In this document: in pieces, positions 22,092 through 35,300 of the stretch
Numbering within the stretch: position 1 is the stretch's first letter
Layout of the letters: every line of letters starts with the position of its first letter
Assembly: GCA_963815195.1 (NCBI GenBank)
Contig: CAWFGE010000005.1
Location: 19,774 to 83,773, forward strand
Origin: an uncultured Planctomycetaceae bacterium
GTDB taxonomy: Bacteria; Planctomycetota; Planctomycetia; Planctomycetales; Planctomycetaceae
Reading direction: 5' to 3'
DNA length: 64,000 nucleotides
Made by a program: the position numbers and the translations under genes
The notes under the pieces: model-generated
Databases searched by the model: none
What the model was told of the DNA's origin: nothing
Seen by the model: only the letters and a program-made list of their open reading frames with translations

Positions 22092-23603
22092 TCAAAAACA
22101 TGAATCACAACGCGATTTCTCGGCTTTCGGAATGTAGTTCAGCGTGTAATAGCCGACGTTGTGCAAGAGCGGCAGGCCGGTTTTGGAGCGGACGCCCGCC
22201 ATGTGGAGTTCGTGGACGTGGCCTTCCTGAAGGCCTTCGATCACGAGCCGGGCGGATTTGCCGTCTTCGCCTAGGCGGATGTCTTTGATCTTGGGCGTGG
22301 TGTGATCGACTTCGGGGCTGCCGTAGCTGGCTTGGAAGATATAGCAGTACGTTTCGAGCTTGTAGGATGCGGGATCCTTCGCCGTCGCGGGATCGATCGG
22401 CTCTGTGAAGGTCAGTTCAAAGCCGTCGGGCTTCGCGCGCATTTCGTGGACTTCAAACGGCGTCTTGCCGGTCCAAACCAGGCGTTCCAAAGCGAACGGC
22501 TTATGGCCGCGCGAGCCCCAACCGCGATTGGTGCCGCCGACGATGAGCGATCCATCGTGGGCGAACTCGAGCACGAGATTCCCCGAGGCCCCGCCTTCCC
22601 GGAGCAGGAAGCAGGCGCCTTGATAATGGCCTTGGATTTTTTCGAGATAGCAGCGCATCACCGTGCTGAAGCTCTGGTCGGTGACCAGCATCTGCCCGGC
22701 GAAGGGGCCGAACTTCCCGCCGGTGAGGTCGCAGGCAATCCCCGCGGCCGACTTGCCCATCTTGTCATACGGGAACAACACGGCGGGCGGTTCGTATTCG
22801 GGGATTTTTTTGGCTTCGGTCATAATCCGGCTGCCGCTTTCGGGCTCCTGGGGTTTTTCGCCCATCGCCTTTTTGACTTCCGGGAGATCGTACCAGCGGT
22901 TGCCGGCGGGATGGCCTTGGAACGAACCGGGCCGCAGCCATTTGAGACTGCACGTGCCGTTCCAGGGGCCTTGGTTGTCGGTGAAGAACATATCGCCCTC
23001 GGCGTTCATGCCGATGCCGCCGGGCGAGCGAATCCCGCTGCAGGTGGGAATGGCGTGGCCGTCTTTGTCGATCCTGAGACACCAGCCGCGGTACTTGCTA
23101 TTGCTGTTGAACGATCCCGTTAAACACAGCACGACCCAGGCATGGCCGTTTTTGTCGAAGGGTGAGCCGAAGGCGTATTCGTGATAGTCGCCGTTGATCT
23201 CCCAGGCATCGCTGACGGTCTCCACGATGTCGGCCTTGTCGTCGCCGTTGGTGTCTTTGAGGCGGGACAGTTCGCACCGCTGCGTCGCGTACAGCCAGCC
23301 GTCTTTTTCCAGCGAAAGGCCCAACACTTCATGCAGGCCCCCGGCGAATTTGGTGAACTTGACCTTCTCCGGCGGATCGGCGAAGGCGCCTTCGATAACA
23401 TAAATATCCCCCCGCCGAGTAGAGACGGCGATCTTCTTGCCGGGCAGTTCCTCAATCCCCCCGGCTTCCAGCACGATGCCTTTGGGAATCGGAATGTTGA
23501 TCCACTTGAAATAGTCCTCTTCCGTCGGGGCTTTGTCCGCAGCGCAAAGACCGTTGGAAACGAGACAGACCGACGCCAACACCAAAAAGAAAAAACGATG
23601 CAT
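22092..23603 (-). CDS. Secreted beta-propeller (glucose/sorbosone dehydrogenase-like, PVC family) protein
   Basis: Signal peptide; [45 protein letters not shown]. Confidence 0.75.
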   Translation of the reverse strand: MHRFFFLVLASVCLVSNGLCAADKAPTEEDYFKWINIPIPKGIVLEAGGIEELPGKKIAVSTRRGDIYVIEGAFADPPEKVKFTKFAGGLHEVLGLSLEKDGWLYATQRCELSRLKDTNGDDKADIVETVSDAWEINGDYHEYAFGSPFDKNGHAWVVLCLTGSFNSNSKYRGWCLRIDKDGHAIPTCSGIRSPGGIGMNAEGDMFFTDNQGPWNGTCSLKWLRPGSFQGHPAGNRWYDLPEVKKAMGEKPQEPESGSRIMTEAKKIPEYEPPAVLFPYDKMGKSAAGIACDLTGGKFGPFAGQMLVTDQSFSTVMRCYLEKIQGHYQGACFLLREGGASGNLVLEFAHDGSLIVGGTNRGWGSRGHKPFALERLVWTGKTPFEVHEMRAKPDGFELTFTEPIDPATAKDPASYKLETYCYIFQASYGSPEVDHTTPKIKDIRLGEDGKSARLVIEGLQEGHVHELHMAGVRSKTGLPLLHNVGYYTLNYIPKAEKSRCDSCF

Positions 23604-23644
23604 GCTGAGTCCCATTTAATAACTAATAGTATCGTCGCACTTAT

Positions 23645-23701
23645 TAGCCGCAGGGCGCTAGCCCCGGTTCGCCGAACAACCAGACGCTACCGCGTTCCGG
23701 C
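23645..23701. repeat. Degenerate REP-like hairpin (family B)
   Basis: TAGCCGCAGGGCGCTAGCCCCGGTT...AACCAGACGCTACCGCGTTCCGGC, downstream of the PFK stop. Confidence 0.5.
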
Positions 23702-23707
23702 CGAAAA

Positions 23708-25024
23708 TCAATCGTTGACATGCGTTTCCAGGAAGCGGGCGAGTTTGTGGAAGTCGGATTCGATCTTGATGTACCGCACCACCGTCACGAGGTTTTCCGG
23801 GTTGACGAGTTTCTCGAACGGGACGTAGTGCAGATCGAGTTGGCCGGAGACCGAGACCATCACGCCGTTGAGCCGCTCTTCGACCAAAGCCCGAAAAGCT
23901 CCGACGCCGAGCTGGCTGCCGAGCATCACATCGAACGCCTGCGGGCGGGAGCAGCGGGACTCGTACCCCAACTGAATTCCTTTCACTCGGCGTTTGACGC
24001 CCGTTTGCCGCTGGTATTCTTTCTGCACGAGCCTCGCGAACATTTTTCCGAGATCGACGTGCGAGACGGAAATGTGCCCGTGGTCGTCGCGGGGGATGCC
24101 GTCGAGCATGTCGTCGGAAAGCAGCTCGGCGAGGCCTTCCGCGAGGACGATCACGCCGTATTCCTTGCCTTCCCGCTCTTCGCGGGCCCGCATTGTGCGG
24201 ACAATCCGCCCCACGACTTCCTCGAATTTCATAATCGTGCGGGTTTCGCCTTGGTTGTTGGTCTCCTGCTGGGCATATTTGCCGCGGATGTCCTCCACGC
24301 TGATGACGAGGCTGGCTTCGCTGGCGATCGCCGCCCCATAGGCCAGCCAGCCCGCGCTTCGGCCCATTGTCTCCACGACGAAGTAGCTGCGGTCGGACTC
24401 GGCATCGGCCAGGAGGTTTCGCATCTCGCCGGCCAACTGCTCGACCGCGGTGAAATAACCGAAGGTGAAATCGATGCCCATGTAGTCGTTGTCGATGGTT
24501 TTGGGCACGTGGACGATCGGGATCGGATGGCTGCCTGCGGGCAGTTTCTCTTGAAAGAGCTTGAACTTGTTGGCGGTCTTGAGCGTGTCGTCCCCGCCGA
24601 TGGACACGAGCAAATCGACATCCAAAGATTTCAAGGCTTCGTACACGGTGCTCAAGGGAGCGACGGCTTCGGGGTTGTTCAGATCGGCGGGCGAGCTGAC
24701 GAATTTCCCCGGATTCGCGCGGGCGGTGCCGATCATAATTCCCGCGGTGTTGCGGGTCCGCTGCAGGCGACCTTGGTCGAGGATCACATAATCGTGGCCT
24801 TCCTGCATGGGATGGCCGGGGGAAAATTCCATCAAGCGGGAATAGCCGTAGCGAATGCCCAACACTTCGATGTTGTTGCGGCGGAAGGACGCGGCGGCGG
24901 TGGAGATCACGGCATTCGCGGCGGGGGCCGGCCCGCCGGAAAACAAGATGGCGGCCCGGCGGAAATTGTGCGCGACCGAAGGCGGCGCGCCGATGGGAGA
25001 TTGTTCAATCGAATCGGAAGACAT
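23708..25024 (-). CDS. pfp: 6-phosphofructokinase, probably pyrophosphate-dependent
   Basis: SGGPAPAAN, GGDDT (Asp at the phosphoryl-donor position), PKTIDND (Lys), ETMGRSAGW, LGYESR. Confidence 0.85.
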   Translation of the reverse strand: MSSDSIEQSPIGAPPSVAHNFRRAAILFSGGPAPAANAVISTAAASFRRNNIEVLGIRYGYSRLMEFSPGHPMQEGHDYVILDQGRLQRTRNTAGIMIGTARANPGKFVSSPADLNNPEAVAPLSTVYEALKSLDVDLLVSIGGDDTLKTANKFKLFQEKLPAGSHPIPIVHVPKTIDNDYMGIDFTFGYFTAVEQLAGEMRNLLADAESDRSYFVVETMGRSAGWLAYGAAIASEASLVISVEDIRGKYAQQETNNQGETRTIMKFEEVVGRIVRTMRAREEREGKEYGVIVLAEGLAELLSDDMLDGIPRDDHGHISVSHVDLGKMFARLVQKEYQRQTGVKRRVKGIQLGYESRCSRPQAFDVMLGSQLGVGAFRALVEERLNGVMVSVSGQLDLHYVPFEKLVNPENLVTVVRYIKIESDFHKLARFLETHVND

Positions 25025-25466
25025 GGCAGATCATCAGCGGCAAAGTGGTACAAGAAACTCGGGAACATTCCACCAGAGGGTTGTTGTTCCCACAAGGATT
25101 GATGGTAGTTCTTCCGCACGGCCGGTTCCAGGCAGAACGCCCCGACCCCGTGATCTGAGCAGCAATCGTGCTCCCGCACCGTAAGCGCTGCCGGATTCCA
25201 CTTTCTCACTTTGGGCATCATCCCACCACGCAGACCAACGGGAAGAAGAATTCCGCTCCGCAATGATCCGCATTGGCTGCCGCTCCCTTGCGTTCGAGGA
25301 AATCGGCGGTTTTTTGTCGTGATTCAAATGAAAACACGGTCCCCGGGAATTCTCGGGGGAATACGCTGAACCGGAAATGTCAGCTTTTGTCACAGAGGGC
25401 AATTTCTCGCCACAGGGCCGGCATACCTACAAAGCGGGAGCCGCGCTGCCCGGCGGTTCGCCTGTT

Positions 25467-25883
25467 TCATGAACTTGGCAATGCGGATACTTCGAATTTC
25501 GTGGACCAAATTCGTTGAATCCAGATGATCACCATGATGGAAGCGGTCATGGTGGTCGCCCCCGCGGCAATCAGGCTTATTGTTAGGGCGGAATACAGGC
25601 AGTGGGAGGGTTCCGGCCGACGTTCTTTTTCGAACCGAATTTGTTTGGGTTCCGTCCAATTTGACTCAGGCTGTTTGAGCACCAACTCGACACGGTCCAA
25701 CCCGATGGAGCTTAAGTCCGGTTTGAATTGTTCCAGGCGAAACCCCTGATCACAGTTTTCGAGCAACCGGTTAACCGCCTCAAGTGGGGACGTGCCCTTG
25801 CCGCCGAATCCGCGAGGCGAGCCCCCGTCGAACCGGGCCAGCCAGTTTTTGCTGCTTTGCTTTTCACAGATGATTCGGACCAT
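25467..25883 (-). CDS. Hypothetical protein with a C-terminal hydrophobic segment
   Basis: 138-aa ORF from ATG 25883, divergent from the RTX gene; no recognised motif. Confidence 0.45.
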   Translation of the reverse strand: MVRIICEKQSSKNWLARFDGGSPRGFGGKGTSPLEAVNRLLENCDQGFRLEQFKPDLSSIGLDRVELVLKQPESNWTEPKQIRFEKERRPEPSHCLYSALTISLIAAGATTMTASIMVIIWIQRIWSTKFEVSALPSS

Positions 25884-26313
25884 CGTTGGCACCTTTCTGG
25901 ATCGCAAAGTTAAATTGCATCCCCGCAAAAAAACCCTACAACACGCGGAAGCGGTGATCCGATTTTTTTCCTACAACTGGATCAATTTCCCAGTCTTATC
26001 GGTTGATCGCGCGGAGCCTACTGCTTTTTCTGGATGCGCCGCGGTGCCGGATTCCTCGCGCCCACGTGTCCCGAGTTGCTCGGTCCGCGTACTCTCGGTG
26101 ACGGCGGTACGCCCGACGGATAAAGTCTTTCTCCAAAACCGATAGGTTGTTTCTCGCGATTTCGATTTCCGGAATTCCCGCGAATCCTGTCCGCATTCTT
26201 TGGACGAGCGACATCTAATTGGCGGTGGGCCCCTCCTGTCGCAGGACAGGTTGGGCCTTTTTTTCGTCATGATCGGTCGAATGGCACGCCGTGCCGCCTC
26301 AAGGAGAGAAGTC

Positions 26314-29300
26314 ATGTTGCTGATCGAATGGCTGTCGGGTCTTCGCAATCGTCGAGTCGTATCCTCTTCTCGCAACTCGCGCCGCCGGAGGCGTTCCAAA
26401 CCGTTGGCGGTCCCGGCAGCAGCAGAACTGCTTGAAAACCGTACACTCCTGTCGGCGCAGACCATTTTGCTTTCTCCCGAGGGGCAGCTAACGCTCACCG
26501 GCACCGAACAGGCCGACACGGTCAACGTGGAGATCGGAGACGACGGCCGGCTGCAGGCTTCGATCAAGACGGGGCTGGCCACGGAATCCGCCGACTTTGC
26601 CGCCGGCGATGTTTCGAGTATTCAATTCATCGGACTGGGCGGAGACGACATCTTCCGCAACAAGACCAATATCGCCACGACCGCGGACGGCGGACTGGGC
26701 GACGATCTGATTATCGGCGGCGGCGGCAACGACAACCTCGTCGGCGGCGACGGGAATGATGTCATCATCGGCGGCGGCGGAAATGATGCGATCCACGGAG
26801 ACGCCGGTGCCGACAGGCTCTACGGCTCGCAGGGCGAGGACGCCATTGACGGCGGCATTGGCAATGATTTTCTCTCAGGTGGAGCGGGGCTGGATTCGCT
26901 CTCCGGAGGCGACGGTGACGATGAACTCCGAGCCGGTCTCGGGGACGATCTCCTCGACGGCGGAGCGGGAAACAATAAACTGGTCGCCGCGATCACTGTC
27001 ACCACGCCGATCGCCGATTCATCCGTCGGGACGACCGAAGGCTCGGCTCTCAGTGACATTCTCTCCGCCGAGAACAAACAAGCCATTCGTGACGGCTTGA
27101 ACTCTCTCGTGGCGAAGCTCACCGAGACCACGGAGAACGGCACGGGCGCAGCTCGATCGGCTTTGGCGTTCACCCTTTCGGAAGGCCTTGTGGAAAATGT
27201 CAACACTTACCTCGACGATGCCAACGCCACAGCCGAGGGCCTCGCGAACGTGCTCCGCAACCTGAGCAGCACCTCGCCCGATGGCCTGTTCAGCGTCAAC
27301 GTCGATGCGGACAACGTCAGCGTCACCGCGAACACTCAGGAGATTCGTTTCGCGTTGCGGGTCCAGGCGACGCGGATCGACTCGGCTTCCCTCGCCGACC
27401 TGACCAACGGGGTCGTTCAGGAAGTCAGCGACAATGTTTCGGTGGGCGGCCAACTGCAGGTGACAAACCAGATCGACTTGCAGCTGGCGTTCGGCGTCGA
27501 TCTGACCGTTGCTGCGGAAACGCCCGCGGACCGGTTCTTCGTGGAACTCACGAATGCCGCCGTCGACACGCGGATCGAAGCGGAAGATCTGGACGTCCCC
27601 ATTTCGATCAGTTTCATCGGTGCGGAAGCTTTCGACGGCTTTGTCCGCGTGAACTCCCGCGCGGCGGTGAACGCAACCAATTCCACCGGCGGCGCGCGGA
27701 TTTACCGGAACCAGTTGGCGAGCGCGAATATCTCCGCGAGCCTCACCGGGGCTTATCATGTGGAATTGCCGGTGAGCGTGAATGTGGGCAGCTTCTCGAA
27801 ACAGACCGTGATCACGGCCATCAATGACGACCTCTCCCTCAGCGATCTTCCGGACATCAACTTCGGCGATCTGAATCCGTTCGGCGGCGGGGCTTCCAGC
27901 TTCAGTTTCAGCTCGATCAACAAGGAGGCGATTCTCAATGCGCTGAAAAAGCTGAAAAACAAGCTGGCCGACGTTGCCAAGAATGCCTTGCTCGATACGC
28001 CTCTGCCTTTTGCCAAGAGTATCAGCGTGGCGGATGCGATTCGCATCGGTGACGCCTTCAGCGATCAAATTCTCGATCAATTGTCGAAGCCCGGTGCGAA
28101 CGGGGACCTGGTTCCCGACTTCAACACCGCTCAGGAGTTCGCCGAGAAGCTGGCGACCGCCCTCGGCGTCGATCCTTCCGAATACAGCGGCGACATCTAC
28201 AATCCCGAGACCCAGGAACTGACGTTTGATATCAATTTCTCGAAAGCCTTCCAGCAAACGATCGATCTGGCGTTCGAAGCGGACATCGCCGGCGTTACGG
28301 ACTTTCAACTGGGGAGCGCCGCGTCTCCGAATCCTCAATTGGTGCTGACGTCAAATGTGTCGGGCAGCTTTGTGTTCAAGGTCAACCTGGCCGCCGACGC
28401 CGAGACTCCGTTCGCGGTGGAGCAGGCCGACTTTCAAATCACCGTAAGCGCCGTCGCCGACGACATCGATGGATCGGCCCGCATCGGGGCGTTCGGAATC
28501 GACTTGGTCGACGGCAGTGCTTCGGTGAATCTCAGCGTCGGCGTGTCCGCGCAGAATCTGACCGATCTCGATCAACTCAGTCTGACTCCGACCTTGAGCG
28601 GCTCCGCCTCGGCGAGCGTTCCGGTGCAACTGGCCGCGGACATCGGTGGCATCGCGCTGCCCACGGGCACATCTTTGGCCTTTAGTTTAAGCGACGTCAC
28701 AAATCCCGGCGGTCTGGTCGCGAACTTGACCTCGCAAGTTGAGGGCGAACTCGACGGACTCGTGGATTCCTTGGAAGCCGTTGCCGTCGCCCATGTGATC
28801 GATGGGATCGAGCAGCTTGTCGATTTCTTGAGAGACGTTCAATCCGGCGGCGTGTTCCAGCAGAAGATCCCCATCGTGGGGCAAAGCCTGTCGGACCTTC
28901 TGGACATTTCCGAACGGCTCGATGCCCTGGCCCAGGAACTCGATCAGAACCCGCCCGCAACGATTGATGAAGCCTTGGACCGCATCAATCAGCTTTTGGA
29001 CTCTGTCTCTGTAAACTTCAGCGTGCCCGACCGGATACTGGAGTTCGATCTGAACTATGCCTTCGACAAGTCCGCGCAGGTGGATTTGAGCTTCGACCTC
29101 GACGATTCCCTGAATGCCGGCGTTCTGGAGGATTTTGTGACGGTCTCGGCGTCGGCACCGATCGAAGTCGGGATCAGCGGCACGGCGGCTTTGGGGCTGG
29201 TGATCGATCTGGGCGGCGCGGGGCCGGTGTTCGCGATCAAGGATTCCAGCCAGGTTCAGCTCGGGGCCTTGATCGACGCCCCGGACATCGACCTGGAAGC

Positions 29301-32300
29301 CTCGATCGGGCCCTTGGGCATCTTCGTGGAAAACGGCCAGTTGCATTTGGACAACGGCACCACCGGCCAGGCGGCGACGTTGACGGTGGGTCTCGAAAAC
29401 GGCATCGATTCCCGCCACACGCTCGGCTCGGCCATCGATGCCGTGGATGTGAACTTCACCGGCCGCTTGGAAGCCGATCTGCCCGTTGCGTTCCCGACCC
29501 GGGACAACGCCCTGGGACCCATCGGCCTGTCGGTGGGGAATCTGGAGCAGATCGTCGCGACAACGACTCTCACGCAGCCCGACTTCAGCCAGATCATTGC
29601 CAGCTTCGATCTGTCGAACGCCCTCGACCTGATCGTCGAAGGCTTCGATCAGATTCTGGGACGGGTGGAGCAGGGTCTCGAAGGCCGGGATTTGCCGTTA
29701 ATCGGCAAGAATCTCTCCGAAGTGACGGGATTCCTCAAGGACATCCGCGAGAAGTTCGTCACCACGCTGGAAAACGTGGACACGTTGACTCAGGAGACAA
29801 TCCAGCAGGCGATCTTCGACGCCTTCGGTCCGGCCGGCCTCGACATCCTCAAAGAACGGCTGGACGATCTGGACGATGCGTTGACCGTGGATGATGTGAA
29901 GCTGGATTTGATCACGGAGGCGGGGCTGTTGGAGGACATCACGTACGACTTTGACCTCGCCGGCGATTACACCGTCTCGCAGCCGATCAATCTGGACCTG
30001 GGCCTCGACGGATTGGGGCTCGATGTCGATGCGGACCTGCATCTCGACGTGGACTACGAGATTTCCGTGGGCTTCGGCATCAGCCGGGATTCTGGGTTCT
30101 TCATCAAGACCGAGACGCCTGACGGCGATCCCGAGTTTCAAATCGACGTCGATGCCACGCTCTCCGATCCCAATTCCCCGACTCCCGCGCAAGTGACGGC
30201 GGACTTGTTCTTCCTGAAGTTCACCGCGACCGATCAGCAGGTGACAAGGCCCGACGGCTCGACGTCGGGCAGCTATTTTGCGGGGACCTTTTCGATCGAT
30301 CTCACCGATCCCGGCCAGGACGACGGCCGATTGACGCTCTCGGAACTCAGCTCCTTCGCCGATGCGATCGATGTGGATCTGGAGGCAACCGCCCATGTGG
30401 CGTTGGGGCTCGAAGCGGGCGTCGGCAATAGCACCGGTTTTCCACGGCTGGCGGCGGATTTCGAACTCCTTTGGCAGTTCGACACCAGCGATCCGAACCT
30501 CGACGGCTCGATCCAGCGGTTGGGATTCAACAACGTCCGGCTGAACCTGAACGATTTCGTGACCAACACGCTCAATCCGGTGCTTGAGAAGATCGATGAC
30601 ATCCTGTCGCCGATCGAGCCCATCGCCAACGCGCTCGGCACGAACATCCCGTTCCTGGCGACGCTCCGGGGCACCAGCACCTATACGCTCCTCGACCTCG
30701 CCCGAGATATTGCCACGAACGATGCCATCAAGGAACTCTTCGGCGGAACGGGCGAATTCAGCGAGTCCACACTCGAGTTCGTGGACAGGATTCGCACCCT
30801 GAGCGACTTCCATACGCAGGTCGAGGACTTGTTCAACACGATCGGCAGCGGTTTTGTGAGCTTCGGCGACCTGAAACTCGACGCGGCGGCGGCACTCGAC
30901 GCCAACAACCTCGGCAAGTTGACGGCGGCGGCGGGTTCCGGTGCCGGCAGCGAATTGGATGCGGCGGATCAACAGAAAGTCGAGGACTTCAAAGATCAGA
31001 CCGGTTTCTCGCTGCCGGTCTTGGAGAACCCCGGGCAGTTGTTCGGGCTGCTTTTGGGGCAGGACATCGACCTGGCGACTTTCGATCTGCCGAAGTTGGA
31101 CTTTGAATTCGGCTTCGACAAATTCTTCCCGATTGTGGGTCCCTTAGGTGTGCACGTTGCGGGCGACATTGGGGCGACCGCCGATTTGCAGTTCGGCTTC
31201 AACACGGCGGGACTGCGGCAGTTCGCCGACGGCGGCTATGAATCGCCCGAGCTGATCCTGAACGGCCTTTATATCAGCGATACGCTGAACGGCCAAAAGG
31301 GGGCCAAGGATATCCCCGAGCTCCAGGTCTTCGGCCAACTGTCGGCTTCGGCGGAACTCAATGCGGGCATCTTTTCCATCGGCGGCGGCGGAGCTTTGGT
31401 CGCGACGTTCACGGCCGACCTCCACGACCCCAACCAGGACGGCCGGTTGTACCTCCAGGAGCTGGTGGGCGGATTTGACAGCGGCGGCCTCACGGGGTTG
31501 TTCGATTTGAGCGGCAACGTGACCGCGGAACTCAAGGTCTACGCGAAGGCCTTGTTTGTGACGTACGAACGGACGCTCGCCGACTTTGAATTGTTCAGCT
31601 TTTCCGACACGCCCGATCCCGTGCCCGCGCTTGGAACGGTGACCGGGGGAACGCTGACGTTGAACCTGAATGACGGGGCGGATGACACCATCGTCGTCAC
31701 CCAAGGCCAGCAGCCGGGCGATGTGGTCGTGACGAGTTACTCAGGCGGCACGACGGTCTCGGAAAGCTTCACGGGCGTGACGCACATCGTCGGGAACGCC
31801 GGAGCCGGCAATGACAGCATCCGCATCGACGGCACGGTGACTGCGACTGTCGATTTGAGCGGCGGCTTGGGCAACGACACGCTCGAAGCCGGCGGCGGCG
31901 AGGCAACGCTCCACGGCAATGACGGCAACGATACCCTGATCGCCACCATTACCAAGGCCAGCCTGTTCGGAGATGATGGGGACGATGTTCTGAAAGGCGG
32001 CTTGGGCGACGATACGCTCGAAGGCGGCAACGACAGCGACATGTTGGACGGCGGCGCGGGAAATGACACTCTCCGCGGCAGACAAGGAAACGACATCCTC
32101 CTTGGCGGGGCCGGGAATGATCGGCTCGAGGGCGAAGAAAATGACGACACGCTCGACGGTGGAGCCGGTAACGACCTTCTCATTGGCGGCGACGGCAACG
32201 ACCTGCTGAAAGGCGGTGACGGAAATGACACGCTGCAAGGCGACGCCGGCAACGATCTGCTGCAAGGCGACGCCGGCAACGATCTCCTGCACGGCGGGAT

Positions 32301-35300
32301 CGGCGATGACACCCTCGAAGGCGGCCGGGAGGATGACCGGCTTGAAGGCGACGACGGCCTCGATCAACTCTTCGGCGGGCTTGGGGCCGACCTCCTGTTC
32401 GGCGGTCTCGACAACGACCGCCTCGACGGCGGTCTGGGCAATGACAAGCTGTTCGGCGGCGACGGCGACGATTCCCTCCAAGGGAGCGCAGGGAACGATA
32501 AACTCTCCGGCGAGGACGGTTCGGACATCCTCTCAGGCGGCGACGGCGACGATCTTCTCTTCGGCTACCTGGCGGCGATCGCCGCCGACGGACAGATCAC
32601 CGGCGATAACGTCTCGCCTGACGGCGATGATCAACTCGATGGCGACGCAGGCAACGACCGTTTGTTCGGCGGCCAAGGGAACGACCGGCTCGAAGGCGGC
32701 ACCGGTTCGGATGTGTTGAGAGGCCAGCAAGGCCAGGATCGCATTGTCTACAACGTCACATTGAACGACCCGACCGGTGTGGACGACCTCTCCGGCGGCA
32801 CGGATTTCGACACGATCGAGATCGAGGGGACCGACGCCGACGATGATTTGCAGGTTCGGGAATTGGAACCGGGACGTTTCGTCGTCGAACGCCGGGAACC
32901 CGGCACCGACAACGTGACCCACTCCTACGAAATCACCCTGCCGGCGGACTTCCTCGACCGCGACATCGAAGTCTTGCAGATCAGCGGCCTCGGTGGAAAC
33001 GACGTGATCCAGGCCTTTGGGAAATTCACTGTCAACGAACTGAAGATCGACGGCGGAGCCGGGGATGACACCATCATCGGCAGCGACCGGGGCGATCTGC
33101 TATTCGGCTCGGGCGGCGACGACGTGATCCACGGCGGCCTGGGCGAGGATGAACTCCAGGGCGGCGAAGGCAACGATGAACTCTTCGGCGAAGAAGGCAC
33201 CGATGCCCTCTTCGGCGGCGATGGCAACGATTCGCTCTACGGCGGCGAAGGCTTCGACATTGTCTACGGCGGCCTGGGACAGGATTATCTCGAAGCGGGG
33301 GATGACCTCCTCGGCGACCTCCTTTACGGCGATACGGACGATGAAAGCATCGGCGATAACGACATCATCAAGGGCGGCGCCGGGATCGACTTCATCTTCG
33401 GCGGCGGCGGTGATGACGATATCGACGGCGGCGGCCTGGGCGATGTGATTCATGGCAACGGTGGGAATGATACGATCGTCGGCGGCGGGGCGCGACTTCA
33501 TCGATGGCGGCGCAGGCGACGACTACCTGTACGCCAACACCACCGATCCGCTAGCCGAAAGCGTTCCTTCAACGATCAACTATCTTGAAATCCTGACCGA
33601 ACTCAATAATCGCGAAAACGCATTGATCGATGAGTTGGTCGATCTGGATGATCCCGACGACCCGAACGATCCCAACGATTTCGTCGGCCGGATCCACCGG
33701 TTGGAGCAGCAAATTGCGGTGCTGACGGACCTGGATCCGAATCATCCCGATCTGCCCGCACTTGAGGAACAATTAGCCGCGCTGATCGTGCAGAGAACGA
33801 CGATCAGCAACTCGATCGTTTTCATCAACAAAGCGAAGGAAGATGTGCTGCCTTACCAGACCATCAGCACCGATGTGCTGATCGGCCAGGAAGGGAACGA
33901 TTTCCTGTTCGGCAGCTCGAACGTCGATCGGCTTATCGGCGGCAGTGGCAATGACACGATCGTGCACTCGGCCGGCGATGACTTCGTCTTCGGCGGAACC
34001 GACCCGATCAAAGACGGCACCAGCATCGACAGCGAACGCGACGAATACCGCGTCCTCGGCACCCAGGGAGACGATGTGATCGTGGTTGAACTCCGACAAG
34101 GCGCTGACGGTTCGCCGGAAGTGTTCGTAACGGTCAACGGCGTTTCAACATTGGCGTCGCGGCTGGGAATTGAAGTCGCGGGCGTTGATGCCCTCGGTGG
34201 AAATGACCAGGTGACGGTCGAGTTCGGCAAGAATGCCGGACTGCCGGGTGGAATCGATATTCACGGCGGCGCGGGGAATGACACCCTCATCGCCGGCCCA
34301 GCGGCGGACGTCCCCGACAGTGAGTTGGCTCAAACGCCTGTCGTGATTTTTGGCGATGACGGCAACGACGCCATCACCGGCGGCAAGAGCAAGAACTTCC
34401 TCGACGGCGGCGCAGGCAATGACCTCATCACCGGCGGGGAGATCGATGATTCGATCTTCGGCGGCGACGGCGACGACACCCTCATCGGCGGCGCCGGGAT
34501 CGATAACATCGACGGCGGCGCCGGCAACGACTCGCTCGATGGCGGAGACCAGGACGATACGCTCACCGGCGGCGCCGGCAACGATTCGCTCGCAGGCGGA
34601 ATCCGGGAATGACACGCTCGACGGCGGTGCGGATGACGACCTCCTCGTCGGCGGGGACGGGGTGGACTCCTTCATCGGAGGCACCGGCATCGACCGCATC
34701 GTGGAGACCGCGACCTACAGCTATACCACCCTGACGGATACGGTGCTCGAACAAAGGATTCTCTCGTTCCTGGCACCGGCCGTGAGCGAGTCGCTCAGCG
34801 GAATCGAACAGGCCGAGTTGACCGCGCCGGCGGCGTCGCAGACCTCGATCAATGCGGGCGCCTTCTCCGGCTATGTCAAGCTCGACGGCAGCCGCGCGAC
34901 GTACAGCACCGACCTGAGGGCCGGCCACGGCGGTTCGCTGCTCATCGGCAGTAACGGCAGCGACCAGCTTTACGGAGGCGACGGCGACGATGTCATCGAG
35001 GCAGGCAATGCCGGCGATATCGTCAGCGGCGGCCTGGGCTTCAATACCATCAATGCCGGTGACGACGGTGCGAGCGACCTGCTCGTCGAAATTCTGGATG
35101 TCAACTTCACGTTGTACGACACGGTGCTCTATATCACGGGCGGCCAGACGCTTTTGAACGGAATCGAACGCGCTTCGCTTACCGGCGGGGCCGGTAATAA
35201 CATCATCAACGCCTACTACTTCTCCGGCGAGACGACCCTCAACGGAGGGGACGGCAACGACACAATCTACGGCTCCAACACAGCCCGCGATAACATCAAC

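Noticed and set aside
32234..32287. Direct 27-nt repeats as CRISPR or VNTR
   Set aside because: They are in-frame RTX nonapeptide duplicates. No spacer-repeat array or cas gene is present in the window.
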